NCBI GenBank assembly: GCA_001655205.1
Contig: LPNZ01009329.1
Location: 1-47,675 of the forward strand
Length of the DNA: 47,675 bases
From: Lenisia limosa
Lineage: Eukaryota; Protista; Breviatea
Direction of reading: 5' to 3'
Shown here: one piece after another, positions 11,601 through 24,090 of the stretch
How positions within the stretch are numbered: the first letter of the stretch is position 1
How the letters are laid out: each line of letters starts with the position of its first letter
Position numbers and translations under genes: made by a program
Notes under the pieces: model-generated
The model's input: only the letters and a program-made list of their open reading frames with translations
What the model was told of the DNA's origin: nothing
The model's database searches: none

Positions 11601-14600
11601 GTTCTTCTCCAAAATTGACCGTGCTACTGTCCTTCCTTCCGACTATATCGTTATAGGACTTGTAACATTGGAGGGGGGGGGGGGNNNNNNNNNNNNNNNN
11701 NNNNNNNNNNNNNNNNNNNNNNNNNNNNNNNNNNNNNNNNNNNNNNNNNNNNNNNNNNNNNNNNNNNNNNNNNNNNNNNNNNNNNNNNNNNNNNNNNNNN
11801 NNNNNNNNNNNNNNNNNNNNNNNNNNNNNNNNNNNNNNNNNNNNNNNNNNNNNNNNNNNTTTGGTAGAGATAAAATATCCATTGTGAAAGGTGCATACCA
11901 CAGTGAGGGGTTGGAGATGTAAGAATCCTGGCTTGTCCTCTCTCTCAGCCAATTCTTCAAGGTGTGTGGTTGACGATGTTGAGAGCTGGAGGTTCAATTT
12001 ACAGAAAACGAGAGCAATCAGTATCAAACTTAAATAATATTGGATGACATACTAACTCCTTTCCAGCAGAAACAAAAAACAAAGACATTCACTCAGAGAT
12101 AACCCCCCCCCACCACAATACGGACGTTCTGTGGTAAAATGCTTGGGATCCAATCCAGGTTTTCACAATCAAGGAGATTGACACCATCGAGTATCAAAAT
12201 CACAAGATCACCTAGATCGTTATGCTAAATTCAAGAAAATTCAAACTAGTCGTGAGATGTATCAGGGTGTATTTAAGACTTATTGGTATTTCTTTAGGGT
12301 AATACGATGAAGCATAGGTGAAGCCCCATGTCTGATATCTTCAAAATTCAATAAAATTAGTTACCAAAATAATCTCACATAACACAAAAAAAGACGTGTC
12401 AATATTCACAGAACGGAAACAAACCCTAACCTGAGGAACAGCGTTTTCCAGCTGATTCAAGAGCAAGGGGGAAGCGGGAAATCAGTCTAGTTCATGAGAC
12501 CCATCATATTGTCTCTTGACTTCAAAACTCAGCAATGTTTGACAGCATATTTTACATCATAATACAAATGTAATAATCTTATACTACATCATAGAAGGAA
12601 CGTAGACATCATAGTTGGACCTAAAACATCGCAGGTTGAGATGGTTTCTCCCCATCATTTGCACTATCTGGCCGAAGCTGCCCATCATCACGGGACACAA
12701 ACTTATATATTTGTTACCTACAAAGAGAGTTCGAAGGGGATTTGAGGGGACAGGGGATGGGTGGGGTCGAAGGACGGTTCCACGTCCTCGATTTTGATCT
12801 GAAGAACATTTAAATTGGATAAAAATAGAATCAAAATCATATTGATTGAGCCATGAAATCAATTGTAATACGCTATTGCATGGTTATTATACTGTAGCCA
12901 GTTTCAAATGGTAACCTGTTCAGACCTTCGAAGAAGTCATGAAGGGTGAAGGGGCAGAAAGCAATCGAATGATTCTCCTTAGAGTGGCAGGCAACGAAAC
13001 GGACTCAGTGGAGGCACCGCAAATGTGTGTTATCACTCGGCTGCCATTTCGACCTGAATTGTGATGAGGAAGGGGTTTGGCTGGTTTTAAAACCAAATAA
13101 AAAAACTGACTGCTTGGTGATTATGATGTCTTCTATCATAGTATTGTCTGAAAAAAATTAAACTCTCACCAATATGTTTCCTCTGAAGCTCTTTTGCGAT
13201 AGCTGCCATTATTGTGGACTGAAAGGTGAGGTGAAAAGAAATGAGAAAGGAGCAATGCTTAAAAGGATGGCAGAAGCCTTCTGCATTACCACATTATAAA
13301 TGACAAAAGCGTTGTGTGTCTCCGAAGTGAAGACCCCCCCCCCNNNNNNNNNNNNNNNNNNNNNNNNNNNNNNNNNNNNNNNNNNNNNNNNNNNNNNNNN
13401 NNNNNNNNNNNNNNNNNNNNNNNNNNNNNNNNNNNNNNNNNNNNNNNNNNNNNNNNNNNNNNNNNNNNNNNNNNNNNNNNNNNAACCGCATATTACACAC
13501 TTTTCCAACACTGTTAATCCACATATCACGCACCTTTCCAACACCAGTTAAACCGCATATCACGAGCGGCCGTCGGCTGCCGTGATGCTCTGGAACTACG
13601 ATTGTTACAAAGAAAGCCAAAGCTCTTATCCATGGGGTCTGTTTAGTTGTAATTAGGGCTTCAGGTGTACTGTTGATTCCTGAAAGGTTGGGTGGGCAAA
13701 CGAAACAGATACCGATGAAAGGGNNNNNNNNNNNNNNNNNNNNNNNNNNNNNNNNNNNNNNNNNNNNNNNNNNNNNNNNNNNNNNNNNNNNNNNNNNNNN
13801 NNNNNNNNNNNNNNNNNNNNNNNNNNNCGTAAGCCTGGACTCCGGCAATCAACGATGCCCTTCCCACCACCAAACTGAAACATTAGAATCCTTCAGTGAA
13901 GCAGGAAAACATGAAAGATTCAGACGCCAGGAAAATATCCAATAATATCATCTGTTTTTCTTAACGATAAACCCAGACCTGGTTCTGGCCTTAACATGCG
14001 CCTCATGCATTGCATCTTGGATTTCTTCACGGGACGAGTGGACTTCAGTTGTGGGAAACTCATCAGAAAATGCCTGTGATGGAATTAACGTATCATATTC
14101 ATTTGTAAACTATTTACCAAAAATAATACATCACCATCTGCCCCCTTCTAACCTTGACGAGTACATTTGAAAAAGTTTCCACTCGATCTGCTCCTGGCAA
14201 AATAAGATTGTAATATTTTTTTTTTATACTTTCCAAGGGTGAAGGATTGATATAAAAACCATTTAACCCTTGGTACAACAACCGCTCTCAAAGTCACGTG
14301 TCACCTCAAACCTTCCGGGGTTGGACAGCTGAATAGGTTAGAGTAGTACACTATAAATATTATATCATATATACATATAGTATATATGTACTGTACAATA
14401 ATATTCAAAATGTGCTCTAAAGAATCCAAACAAAAATAAAATCAGACTTGTTCTTGGCATACCTTTCCCCATTGATAATATTGAGAAGCCGTGCTTTATA
14501 CTAGAGAAGTTAAGTGATTTAAAAGTTGATACAAGAACCACCCAGGTCAAGCAAATATAAAAGACACTCAATAATGACCCACTTCGTCTGATGGATTGGG

Positions 14601-16057
14601 GTTTGACAGTACCTCGACAAGCCACCTAAAAATAAGCAAAAATAACTGGGTTATATAGAGATATATCATATGCATATTATATGTAAACTAGAGAAATAAA
14701 AAAATACGGTAGTATCTAAAATATAGATGAGAATCAAACAAAGCAGTATCTGGCCGAAGCCGTCATGGGCTGTATAATGTACCCGAGCCCATAATCATAT
14801 ACTACATGTATGTTGGAAAATTTCTGTAAGTATGGTCTTCTTACTTTGTATTTCCTTTTTTAGCCAAAGATGAAGCCGAAACAAACACAAGTGAAGGCCT
14901 CCGCATCCTAGAACATGAAATATGACTACAATAAAATAGGGACAACTCCCTTCAAGAAAGAAAAGCATTCCGGGGAAACAGCGAAATGGATTTCGAGTGG
15001 ACAACACAGGTGTCAGGATTTTCCCACTCCATTTTACTGAAAAAAACAGACAAAAAAAGCAGTAACCAACAAAAAACAATGGCATTTCTACCCTCAAAAC
15101 ATTGAATTGCGAGGAATTATATCTTGTTCATGACTCTTCGTTTGGCACAAGTATATCCCCCCCAAACTCTTCGTTTGGCACAAGTATCGCGAACGTTTTT
15201 TCTCCTTGAATTAGCCGGCCCTCCTCCAACTCGGAAGTGAGAAAGCAAAAAAACACTCATGACCCCTTTATCTTAGAGCGCAGGTTCAGTGATTATTGAT
15301 AGGTAAGTATACACTATGACGTTAGCATCTAGCTCACCAAGCCAAGGCTTTCCTTGATTAGAGCAGTGAGCTTATTTGCATTCGACCACCTACAAGAATG
15401 AAACAAGACCGGTGACAACTTCATTTGTTTGAAAGAATGTGACTGTTTCTATTGCATGCTGAGTAATTAGCCTACCTGTAGTTCATGAAAACAGCCTGTA
15501 CAGATCTCTTCAACATGTGCTCATTGAGTGAAGGAATAACCTGAAGGGTAAAAAGAGGGGTGAACAATGTCTTCAATAAGCCATACCTCAGCGGCAATCT
15601 TTGAGAGCTGCTCATCACTAAACCACTCCACAAGCCCGGGGGTCAGAAGCACTCGTACAGTGAAGTACTCTCCAGGAAATCTCGAGCGGTCTAACAGTAT
15701 CAAGAAAATCCGAAGTGTGCAGTAAAATAATAACAGTGAACTGCAACTTCAAAAATACTATTCCATATGACTGGCAGCAGAGTACCCTGTCATCATTGCC
15801 CTCATAGCGACTCCCGTAGCAGAAGGCAGATCGTGACAAGTGTGGGCGAAAGGTGAACACCCCGAGAAGTGGCTGTAAACCTGGTTTTGCGTACATTTCT
15901 TTGGAGTGAATAGTGGCGTTGTTTGGTGCGGTGTATACTGGCGATTGGAAGGTGGCGTCTTCTCTGATGGAGGGGATGGCTCTAGGGGACTATAAGGCCA
16001 AATTACCTGTGAACACCAACCTTGGACATTGCCTTTCTTTGAAGTCCCGCATCCCAT
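8699..16057 (-). CDS. N-acylated STAND-class NTPase: divergent DUF4062-like domain plus NACHT/AAA_16-type domain (NPHP3/NWD/TEP1-like), multi-exon
   Basis: Start MGCGTSKK (16057). AEVIPSLNEHMLKRSVQAVFMNYR|WS resembles DUF4062-type FPELR...VDLRWG. Then HEAHVKARTSLVVGRASLI; Walker A RPLVICGLTGVGK|STIMAAIAKEL; VITHICGAS; Walker B DLVILILDGVNLLDCENLDWIPSILPQNVRIV; VPLYIISACNEL; MLSFFHTQLEFAIRWRY. Probable last exon ...SQSECSVF-TAG at 8699. Some internal exon frames are uncertain. Confidence 0.8.
13484..13564 (-). repeat. Tandem 33-34 bp duplication of the Walker-A exon end plus 5' splice site
   Basis: Minus strand: gtgatatgcggtttaactggtgttggaaaggtgc / gtgatatgtggattaacagtgttggaaaagtgt / gtaatatgcggtt, then an N-gap. 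Confidence 0.85.
15133..15187 (-). repeat. Exact 22-bp direct repeat with period 33, at a probable exon/intron junction
   Basis: actcttcgtttggcacaagtat at 15133-15154 and 15166-15187, separated by atcccccccaa. Confidence 0.85.
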
Positions 16058-16869
16058 GAAAGAAGGAAGCCTCGTCCGCTTCCTTGCTTTTTTTCTTCTT
16101 TCTTTTTTTCTTACTGGACTACTTATTACTTACAAATTACTAACCACTTTTACATCTTATTTACCACCTAACATTCTGAATGTGAAATCAGTGTGTGAAA
16201 GATCCAAATCTCAGGTCGCGGGTTGCACTGCACACAGCCGGACCCAGGATCATTCACTCACACCTTATCACAGGAATTATGTGTGTGCGTCTGGTGTGCG
16301 TTGAAAAGAAAGCAAGAGGTACAACAGATCTATTGATGTATTGATATGCTGATGATTTTATGATTGTTGGATGATTGGATGGCTGGCTTTTACCAAACTA
16401 TTACCAACTTGCATACATACTACATGCTTACCGCTTACGCTTACTGTGTACGGTGGGATGATGTCAACTGATAGTAATTGGACACGACAACACGACCTTG
16501 ATTTCAACAATCTCTTTGACTAAACAGAAAACCTGCCAATCGAGAAGCGAGCAGCGGAAATAGAAAGCTAGACAATTCAATTCATACGGTCAATTCGGAC
16601 AAAACAAAAAATGAAACAAGTGTCAAAATGGAACAAAACGGATTAGACAAGCGTGGATTGCTGTTGGAAAGGGTCGGAGTCTGAGAGGAACATGTTGGTT
16701 GTTGGATCAAAAACTGGCGCACTACAGGGGTTAAACTTCAAAAAAAAGAAGAGATGTTGATGAAGGTTTATTTATAATACTCGCAGATAATCGTCTAGAG
16801 ATAAAAAGCTGGAGTTCATGAATTTTGCTGACCTTTCAACTATTGCTACTGTTTTAGTTTATTTCTAAT

Positions 16870-19800
16870 TTAGGTGGTATCAGAAGATTGGGTTGACAAA
16901 AACTCGCTAGGTCTGGATTTGGATCCAGTTTTTGTGCATAACTTCAGGGATTTACGGAGCGCCTTGGACGTTCAAATGTTGGATAAATTGAAAGATGAGA
17001 TCATCAAGAGGTTAACCCCCACTCACCCCTTGGCTAGGTTGGGGTCACTATCAAAGTGGCCAAAGTCCGGTGGCGTGGCAAACGCCATGTTCTCGGGACT
17101 TGGGAACATCGGCTCGGTCGCGTTAGTGGGGAGGAAGCCAGACGGCATATCGTATCTAAGGCACGTGAATTTCCGCAAATATAATTTTCAGCAGGGTGTT
17201 TATATATCACTAATAAGGGAAATGGCTTTGTAAAAAAGCCCCCAAACGGGTCGCTTGTATGAATGGNNNNNNNNNNNNNNNNNNNNNNNNNNNNNNNNNN
17301 NNNNNNNNNNNNNNNNNNNNNNNNNNNNNNNNNNNNNNNNNNNNCGCATCTGCAGCTGGGGGAAGGGGGGGAGTAAAATTGGAAAATTTATATAAAAAAA
17401 AACCCAAAACTGGAAAACAAAGCATACAGAGGTGAGGGTGCACGTCTTGTCACAATGGTGATCAAAGTGGCCCAAATTGCATTATTATTACGAAAAAGGC
17501 ACATAATTTCCAAAGAAGTCAATCTTGCCCAAAATGCTTCATACCTGCAGTGAGGTCGAGGTTGAATGGCTCGTACTGAACAGGATCTTCCATGCCCATT
17601 GGCGGTAGTTCAAAGTTTTGCGTGCCCAGCAGCATCGGGTCAGCTTTCATCGGAAGATGTCCCGTCATCTCAGCCATCTGAATTGGCTCCATGCCGATAT
17701 CGGGGTAGGCTTCGTGTGGCGGTGAGAGAATGGATTGGTCCGTTTCGGGTGAGTAAGTACCTAGGGGTGAGATCAAGTAATTGGCCAAATAATCCAAACA
17801 TGACGGATAAACTGAAGCACAAATAGTTGCCCTCATACTGTAGTCATATGGAAGAACCTCCTCAATTACGTCACTCTTATCCGTTGCAGGAGAGAGTGGT
17901 GCGGCAAACGTGGGGGGATGCACTGACGGTGACATTCCTTTCCTGTTGGGTCATACTTTGTTTCTAGGCCGAAATATGCAGAAAGGAACAATAAAATAAT
18001 TATGGCCATCAGGCACAGCGTGAGATTGGCATACTGGGGTTTCGGGGAGTCGGAGTTGCGAGATGAAGGATTTCGCCTCTTTCTCGTCGGTCGACGGGCT
18101 AAGAAATAACAGGAGGGGGGCTTATACAGGTTCTTCGTATCCTCTTTTCAAAACTTAATCCTAGGGCTTCACTTCGGTTCAAAAAAAGACTGAATTTTTA
18201 ATTTACCCTCATCGAGATTTTACCGATCTTTTTCGAAGCGCTACTTAATCCCCATACTGCTTTTGATTGAGGGTGTCGACTCGGTGCCACTCAAAAGACC
18301 CACGCTCTGAGAGAGGTGAGCAAACGGAAGCATAAAAGTAGCAAAAGGATGAATGATCAATTGATGAAAATAAATAATTGAAAGCAAACCTGGGCACCAG
18401 CCATCTTAGCCGCCTGCTTTTGGAGCTCGAATTGTTGCTGCTTCAAATGAAGCTGTGCGGATTAGTGTGGCATTATGTGGGCATATATATATATGTATCA
18501 TATAACCTTCAGGTATGGCTTTAACAACAATGCAACGATTCAGATCATCGGAAATAGGACTTACTTGAAGGAGTTGTTGATGGACGAGCGGATGTGAGGG
18601 GTTGAGTGGGGGGATCATGGTCAAATCAATTCCCTGAATTGGTGAACAATAGACCCACAAAGTAGAATATAACACAGCGGACATGTCAGAGTAGTCCCGT
18701 AGATTGTATTACATAGTCTCAAATGAAAAAAAATCACTTCGACCGCCTTGCCAACCTCATCCACCTTGGTGCCGGGGTCTGTTGGCACCCCACTTTGCGC
18801 GTCTGTGCTCTGGGCTGACGATGATAGCAGACTTGACGGCGAATTCTCTCGAAGCCCGTTGTTAACCTATACGTGTCATCAATGCTTCGAAAATGCTGTT
18901 AATCATTTCATTCGAAACATCGTTTTCTCTCAGAAAGCTTCAAATATAGCCAGGGTAGTTACTGGTTATTTTAATAATCCATAGCCGTTCAGCCCATCAC
19001 GCGTGGATTTTAAGGACATAAATGGATGAATAAGCTTCACTTCCTTCTTGTGACTCTTTAGTATTGATACAAACCACGCACCGCAGCAAGGTACAGCTGC
19101 GGACTGTCTGGATGCATTTGTCCGAGGAATACGGTGGGGGATGAAAGAAACTCTTGGATGACCGGGGGCGACAAGGCGGCTTGCTGGGGGCTGTATCCTG
19201 GGGAGGGAGGGATAAGAATGGGAAAATTTATGAAGACAAAGCAGCAACAGTCATGACTATAAATATCGACAGTTTAACTCATTTTCGCATTTCAGTATAT
19301 TATGATGACATAATATGTGGTGGATAGGATAAGTCTTGCCCGATTTGCAATGTGATTTCCCAAGGAAAATCGGTCAAGACTTATCCCGGTCACTGTATGT
19401 ACTATGAGTATAAGGAGAAGCAAACTTGTGGAAGATGCGGCGGCGATATCGAAAGCAGCTGCGTCAGCTGCAGATAAGTAGGCTGAGGGCGCAACCGGAG
19501 CTTGCTGCTGGTAATCCTCCTAGGGGTGGTGGTGATAAATTTATTACAAAAAGAAAGAGTACTATAAGTTGAATAGTGATACCAGTGCGACTATTACTTT
19601 CTTATGCGGTGGGTAGGGCTTCACTTCGGTTCGAAAAAATACCGGTAAAATATCGATAGTTTTCGAAGATTTATCGAGAAATTCAATCTTTTTTTGGGAC
19701 TGCAAGGAAGCCCTAACTATTGCTTTCTTATGTGGTGTGGGCTAACCTGAGTAGTGAAGTCCTCGTCCATGGTGAGGGCAACTTGGTAGGGGTTGACAAC

Positions 19801-22800
19801 TTCAGCATCAATCATCTGCAGATGTGGTCAGAAAGTGGTACAGCAAGCAACCAGTTTTGTGTGTTTTTGTACCACGTTCAATATCATGTGGTGTCAGCAG
19901 CAATTTCCTGATGCATGGATGGAAGATGAAAGCCAATCAACCTACCTGGTTTGTGATATGGTGACTTTGGTCGAACTCCTTTCGCTGCCTCTGTCGCGGG
20001 TGCTGAACCGTGAGGACGGAGGATGGTACTATTAGTTGTAGTATACTATATCATATGATCTATGTTACCCACTTTGAACAATGTCCCCCTACCAGTTCTT
20101 CTGTAAGCGTGGAATCCACGGTTGTGAAGTAGTCCAAGGGCTGACCAAACTCAATGGTTTGACCCACGCTGTGGTTGGAGGCAATTGTGTGCGATCTGAA
20201 GGTGTGAAACAAAGTAGTTCAGATGAAATTAGAGGTTTGTTCAACTTTTGGTTGTTTTTTGACATTAATCACCCCTTGTTTGCCTTTGTAGCAACAATGC
20301 TCAAAATTAAATGTCTCTTAGACACTTTTAAATGTTACTAGACGGGGTTTGGTGCTGTTTTTGGGAAATTTAGACCTTATCCAAAATCAAGAGGTTCAAT
20401 ATTTAAATCTGTTTGAATCATTGTTGAATCACTGAATTTCATTCATTTACAGAAAACAGTAGAAGGTTTGAAGGTTTGAAGATTTGAGAATTTTAAAAAG
20501 TAACCTCGGCTTAGACTTTTTGAGGAAGAAACGTTGGCAACGGGTGTTTGCCAACGGTTGACCATGAAAGCTCATTGTTGCCAACGGGTTCCGCCAGAAA
20601 CCAAGCGTTGACAACGGTCAAAATGTTGGCAACAACCGTTGGTAACGGCGTTGGCAACAACCGTTGGTAACGGCGTTGGCAACAGGTAAAAGGAATCGGG
20701 CAGTCGAATTTTAAAATATGTAAATGAGGCAACATTTGCACATTTACAAAGCCTTGAGAGCCGATAGTTATCCCGCATACCCAGAGCTGCGCTGGGACAT
20801 TTCAGATGCTTTTGACACATGGACCTTCATTGAGCCGTGTGTGCCGACCGAAACGGTGCCTTCTTGTTGCTAGGGGGGGGGGGGTAAAATTGGAAATNNN
20901 NNNNNNNNNNNNNNNNNNNNNNNNNNNNNNNNNNNNNNNNNNNNNNNNNNNNNNNNNNNNNNNTGACAATACACAAGGGTTGACAACAACAAAACAAACA
21001 AAGCCAAGCAAGTCGATTCTGCAGCACCACATCCCCAAAAAAAAAGAAAGTTAATGAAACAAAAAAGCCCAAAATAAACTGTACTGGCTAGAAACAAACA
21101 AGGGTGGTAAACAACAAAACAAACAAAGTCCAGTCTAGTCGCTTCTGAAGCATCGCAACCAAACAAGTAAAATCGACCCTGCTGGCTAAACACGAGGGTT
21201 GAAAACAAAATAATCAATGCCCAGGCCGAGAGGGCAAATGGAGCTGATATGGAGAGGAGAGATAAGAGAGATAACCCTCCAGGGAAGCGTTTTCGACTCA
21301 CAGTTGATTGTGCAGAGAGATGAACCGTCAAGTTGGAGAGGGCGGAGGAAGGGGGCTTGTGCGTCAACCAGAGTGGGTTGCCTAAAAGGTTAGTCTTGGG
21401 GGGGAGGGATGATAGTCACAATGGAAAGAATATCCCATATATGATTAATTGCCAAGTGACCCACATCTCGGCATTTGCTCCACATTGTAGCCCTGTTTGT
21501 GGAAAGACGATGGTGTTGTGATAATCATCTTCATAGATCGCCCTGGCTCGTGAGAGAAGGTGAAACTGCCTCAAAAGTGGGTGAAAAGAGAATACTGTGT
21601 CAATGAAGAGGCTTCACAAGAAACTGTTGATAAGGATCCCCCCCCCCCCCNNNNNNNNNNNNNNNNNNNNNNNNNNNNNNNNNNNNNNNNNNNNNNNNNN
21701 NNNNNNNNNNNNNNNNNNNNNNNNNNNNNNNNNNNNNNNNNNNNNNNCGGGCAACGATGATGACCTCCATGTTTGGCTCTCTCTTCAGGCCCATCTCAGC
21801 CACCACCACCAGTGAAGAGGTGTCATCACATTTAATATCCTGGGTGTGAATTACAAGGGTCAGCATTCTGAGGAAAGAAACAAATTATCTGAGACTGAAA
21901 TCCTGTTGTCATAAATAATTCAAATTGGGGAACAAACTTGTGGAGAATGATGGACTATTTTGACGATTCGTTTCTACTCCCTTAACTCCAGGCCCATATT
22001 CAGCCCCAACAAACATCTGCGGTTTCAGCTTCGAGTGGGAGTGTTTCATGGAGAATATCACTGACATAGACCTGGCAAAGTGATACAAGCTCGTTTACAG
22101 ATGAACCCGATGGAAAAGAGAACAGAACTAACCTCCACGAATAACTTCACACTACTCGGAGTCAATCTGAAGTTGGGGGGCACCTCGGAGCCCCAGAGTT
22201 GGACCAGGATAGGACACTTGAAACGGTGGTCTGGCCACTTGATGGGCTTGGAACCTCTTTCACCAAGTTCCTAAACAGTAAAGCGGGAAGGACGTTACCC
22301 CTTTTCCATGTTCACAAGATTGCATGTGTAAAGAAGACCTGAATGTACTATTTTTCGAGGATCTATTGTGAAATGAGAAAATCTGTCATTGTCCAATATT
22401 CCTATTGCCAAAGTTAAGTTTTTATTCAATATCTCCAGAGCTTCCATACAGGAGAGTGAATTCATAATTTTTTTATCAAAGATTATTTAATCCAGTCTTG
22501 TTTGGTACCGTAGGATTCCCAAGATATCACTCATATTATTCATATCATTTGCATATAGTGATATGTAGAGAGAGAGAGAGAGCTGGATGAAGCCGTCCAC
22601 ACAAAACCAACTTTGCTAAAAACATCGAAATTGACAAAGTCCATTGCGTATTGCACGTTCAGCCGCCCGTTGAGTCCGGAAATCTGAGGACGTGAAACAG
22701 GTAATATAAGAGTAACAGCTTCAATATCATCAAGGATCTTAGTTTGGGCTTTTGAAATATTGACCGGGGAAAGAGGCAAGATCTTAGGTCAACAAAAAAC

Positions 22801-24000
22801 CATACTCCAGTGGTTTGATATTGCCGGTAAATTGAGGCGGATACGATTTCGTTGGGCATTGCCATGGACATACTGGCCCACTCCTGGGGAAATGGCAGCT
22901 CTATAGAAATAAAATCTGCTCATCAACAAACATTCACCCAATGAGCCCAATGTGCTGTCAAGATGAACAGAGGATACCCCTCAAACGGTGAGTCACCTTG
23001 AACAAGGCCACTTCATCTTCCTTCACCAATACGCGTCCGTTTCCATCGGGTGACACGAGCTGATGGGTCAAATTGATTGGGCTTCCTCAAAAAAAAAGAG
23101 AAGTATGTCATGATGATGATATGGTTTTATATCAGGCTCAGATATAATTGATGATGATATGGTACTATAGCGGGCTCAGTATTAGTGGCCTGCACCCACA
23201 TCAGGGACGATCTTCTTTTTGCCGCGTTCGCCTCTAGACTTGAGAGACTCGTATTTGTTAATTCTTTGGGCAGAAAGGGTGTGCCCCGTAAGCATGATGC
23301 CATTATGTGGAACAATCTAGAATATGAGAGATGCGGCGCTTCAATTCTGTTTGATGGAGAGGGCTGTATAGCTTCTCACCTCGAAAATGAGCTTGGTACC
23401 TGCAGTTTGCTTCATAGTAACAGCGATGTAACCTTGAACAAAATCTACATTGTCATAAGGAGAAACAACACTCTATGATTATTACGGCTAACTATAGTTG
23501 AATAACCCCCCCCCCCCNNNNNNNNNNNNNNNNNNNNNNNNNNNNNNNNNNNNNNNNNNNNNNNNNNNNNNNNNNNNNNNNNNNNNNNNNNNNNNCCTGT
23601 CACACACCAATAGAATTCCCTGAAGTTGTGAAAACCAAAGAAGAGAAGAGTTAGTAAGTGTATGTAGTCCAAACCATAGCCCATCAATATGAAAGCCCAG
23701 CGCACTTCGATGAGAGAACTCTCTTAGTCTTTTGGCAGGTGGCTCGTAAGTCAAAAGACCGAACCAATGACTCGGGTTGCACTATAATAGTCAGTAGATG
23801 TGGCTCTGTTGCATGCGTCAAGGTTGAGTTATGAACAAGCTATATCTGGAGATTCAGTTTCTTGATATATCGCGTGATAGATAATGCGTTTGGATGCCCC
23901 CCCCCCTCCCACAAGTTAATGGCTTCCGTAATTGGACAAGGAATGGACATGCCACTTGTCCGTAGGGTCCCGCATCTCCACCAATGATCGTCAAAATCAG
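16870..24000 (-). CDS. Multi-exon coding region, probably the cytoplasmic part of the 28665-start receptor: duplicated CPxLVQL domain, then Gln/Pro/Ser/acidic low-complexity tail
   Basis: Exons: LILTIIGGDAGPYGQVACPFLVQLRKPLT|LQPESLVRSFDL (24000-23700); ELGERGSKPIKWPDHRFKCPILVQLWGSEVPPNFRLTPSSVKLFVE (~22270-22135); QQEGTVSVGTHGSMKVHV; MIDAEVVNPYQVALTMDEDFTTQ; EDYQQQAPVAPSAYLSAADAAAFD; HPLVHQQLLQ; LHLKQQQFELQKQAAKMA; the 17935-17520 exon; RYDMPSGFLPTNATEPMF. Stop at ~16944 or ~16870. Several gaps; it could be more than one gene. Confidence 0.55.
18162..18256. mobile_element. ~100-bp MITE-like element (intronic)
   Basis: Begins tagggcttcacttcggttcaaaaaaagactgaatt; degenerate right end tctttttcgaagcg...aatcccca-ta. 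Confidence 0.65.
19614..19715. mobile_element. ~100-bp MITE-like element (intronic, best-preserved copy)
   Basis: Perfect terminal 9-bp inverted repeat tagggcttc...gaagcccta; core ttttcgaagatttatcgagaaattcaatcttttt. Confidence 0.8.
20501..20770. repeat. Intronic array of nine GTTGGCAAC-like quasi-palindromes, including a 25-bp tandem unit, bounded by imperfect inverted ends
   Basis: Motifs at ~20533, 20546, 20578, 20606, 20625, 20638, 20650, 20663, 20675; unit gttggcaacaaccgttggtaacggc twice (20625-20674); ends taacctcggctt / gagccgatagtta. Confidence 0.7.
20966..21147. repeat. Imperfect ~55-bp direct repeat
   Basis: acaagggttgacaacaacaaaacaaacaaagccaagcaagtcgattctg versus acaagggtggtaaacaacaaaacaaacaaagtccagtctagtcgcttctg. 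Confidence 0.6.
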
Positions 24001-24090
24001 CTGTGGCGTGAACAGAAAACAATGATACGGTAATTCTAGACTTGAATCAAGATGTTAACAAGAGGATACTCTGATATGACAGCCACATAC

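Noticed and set aside
16874-17233. 119-aa plus-strand ORF
   Set aside because: It is antisense to splice-bounded minus-strand exons (RYDMPSGFLPTNATEPMF...|gtgagt) of the larger gene.
20625-20683. CRISPR-like array
   Set aside because: The 25-bp units are directly adjacent with no unique spacers, there are no cas genes, and the context is a eukaryotic intron.
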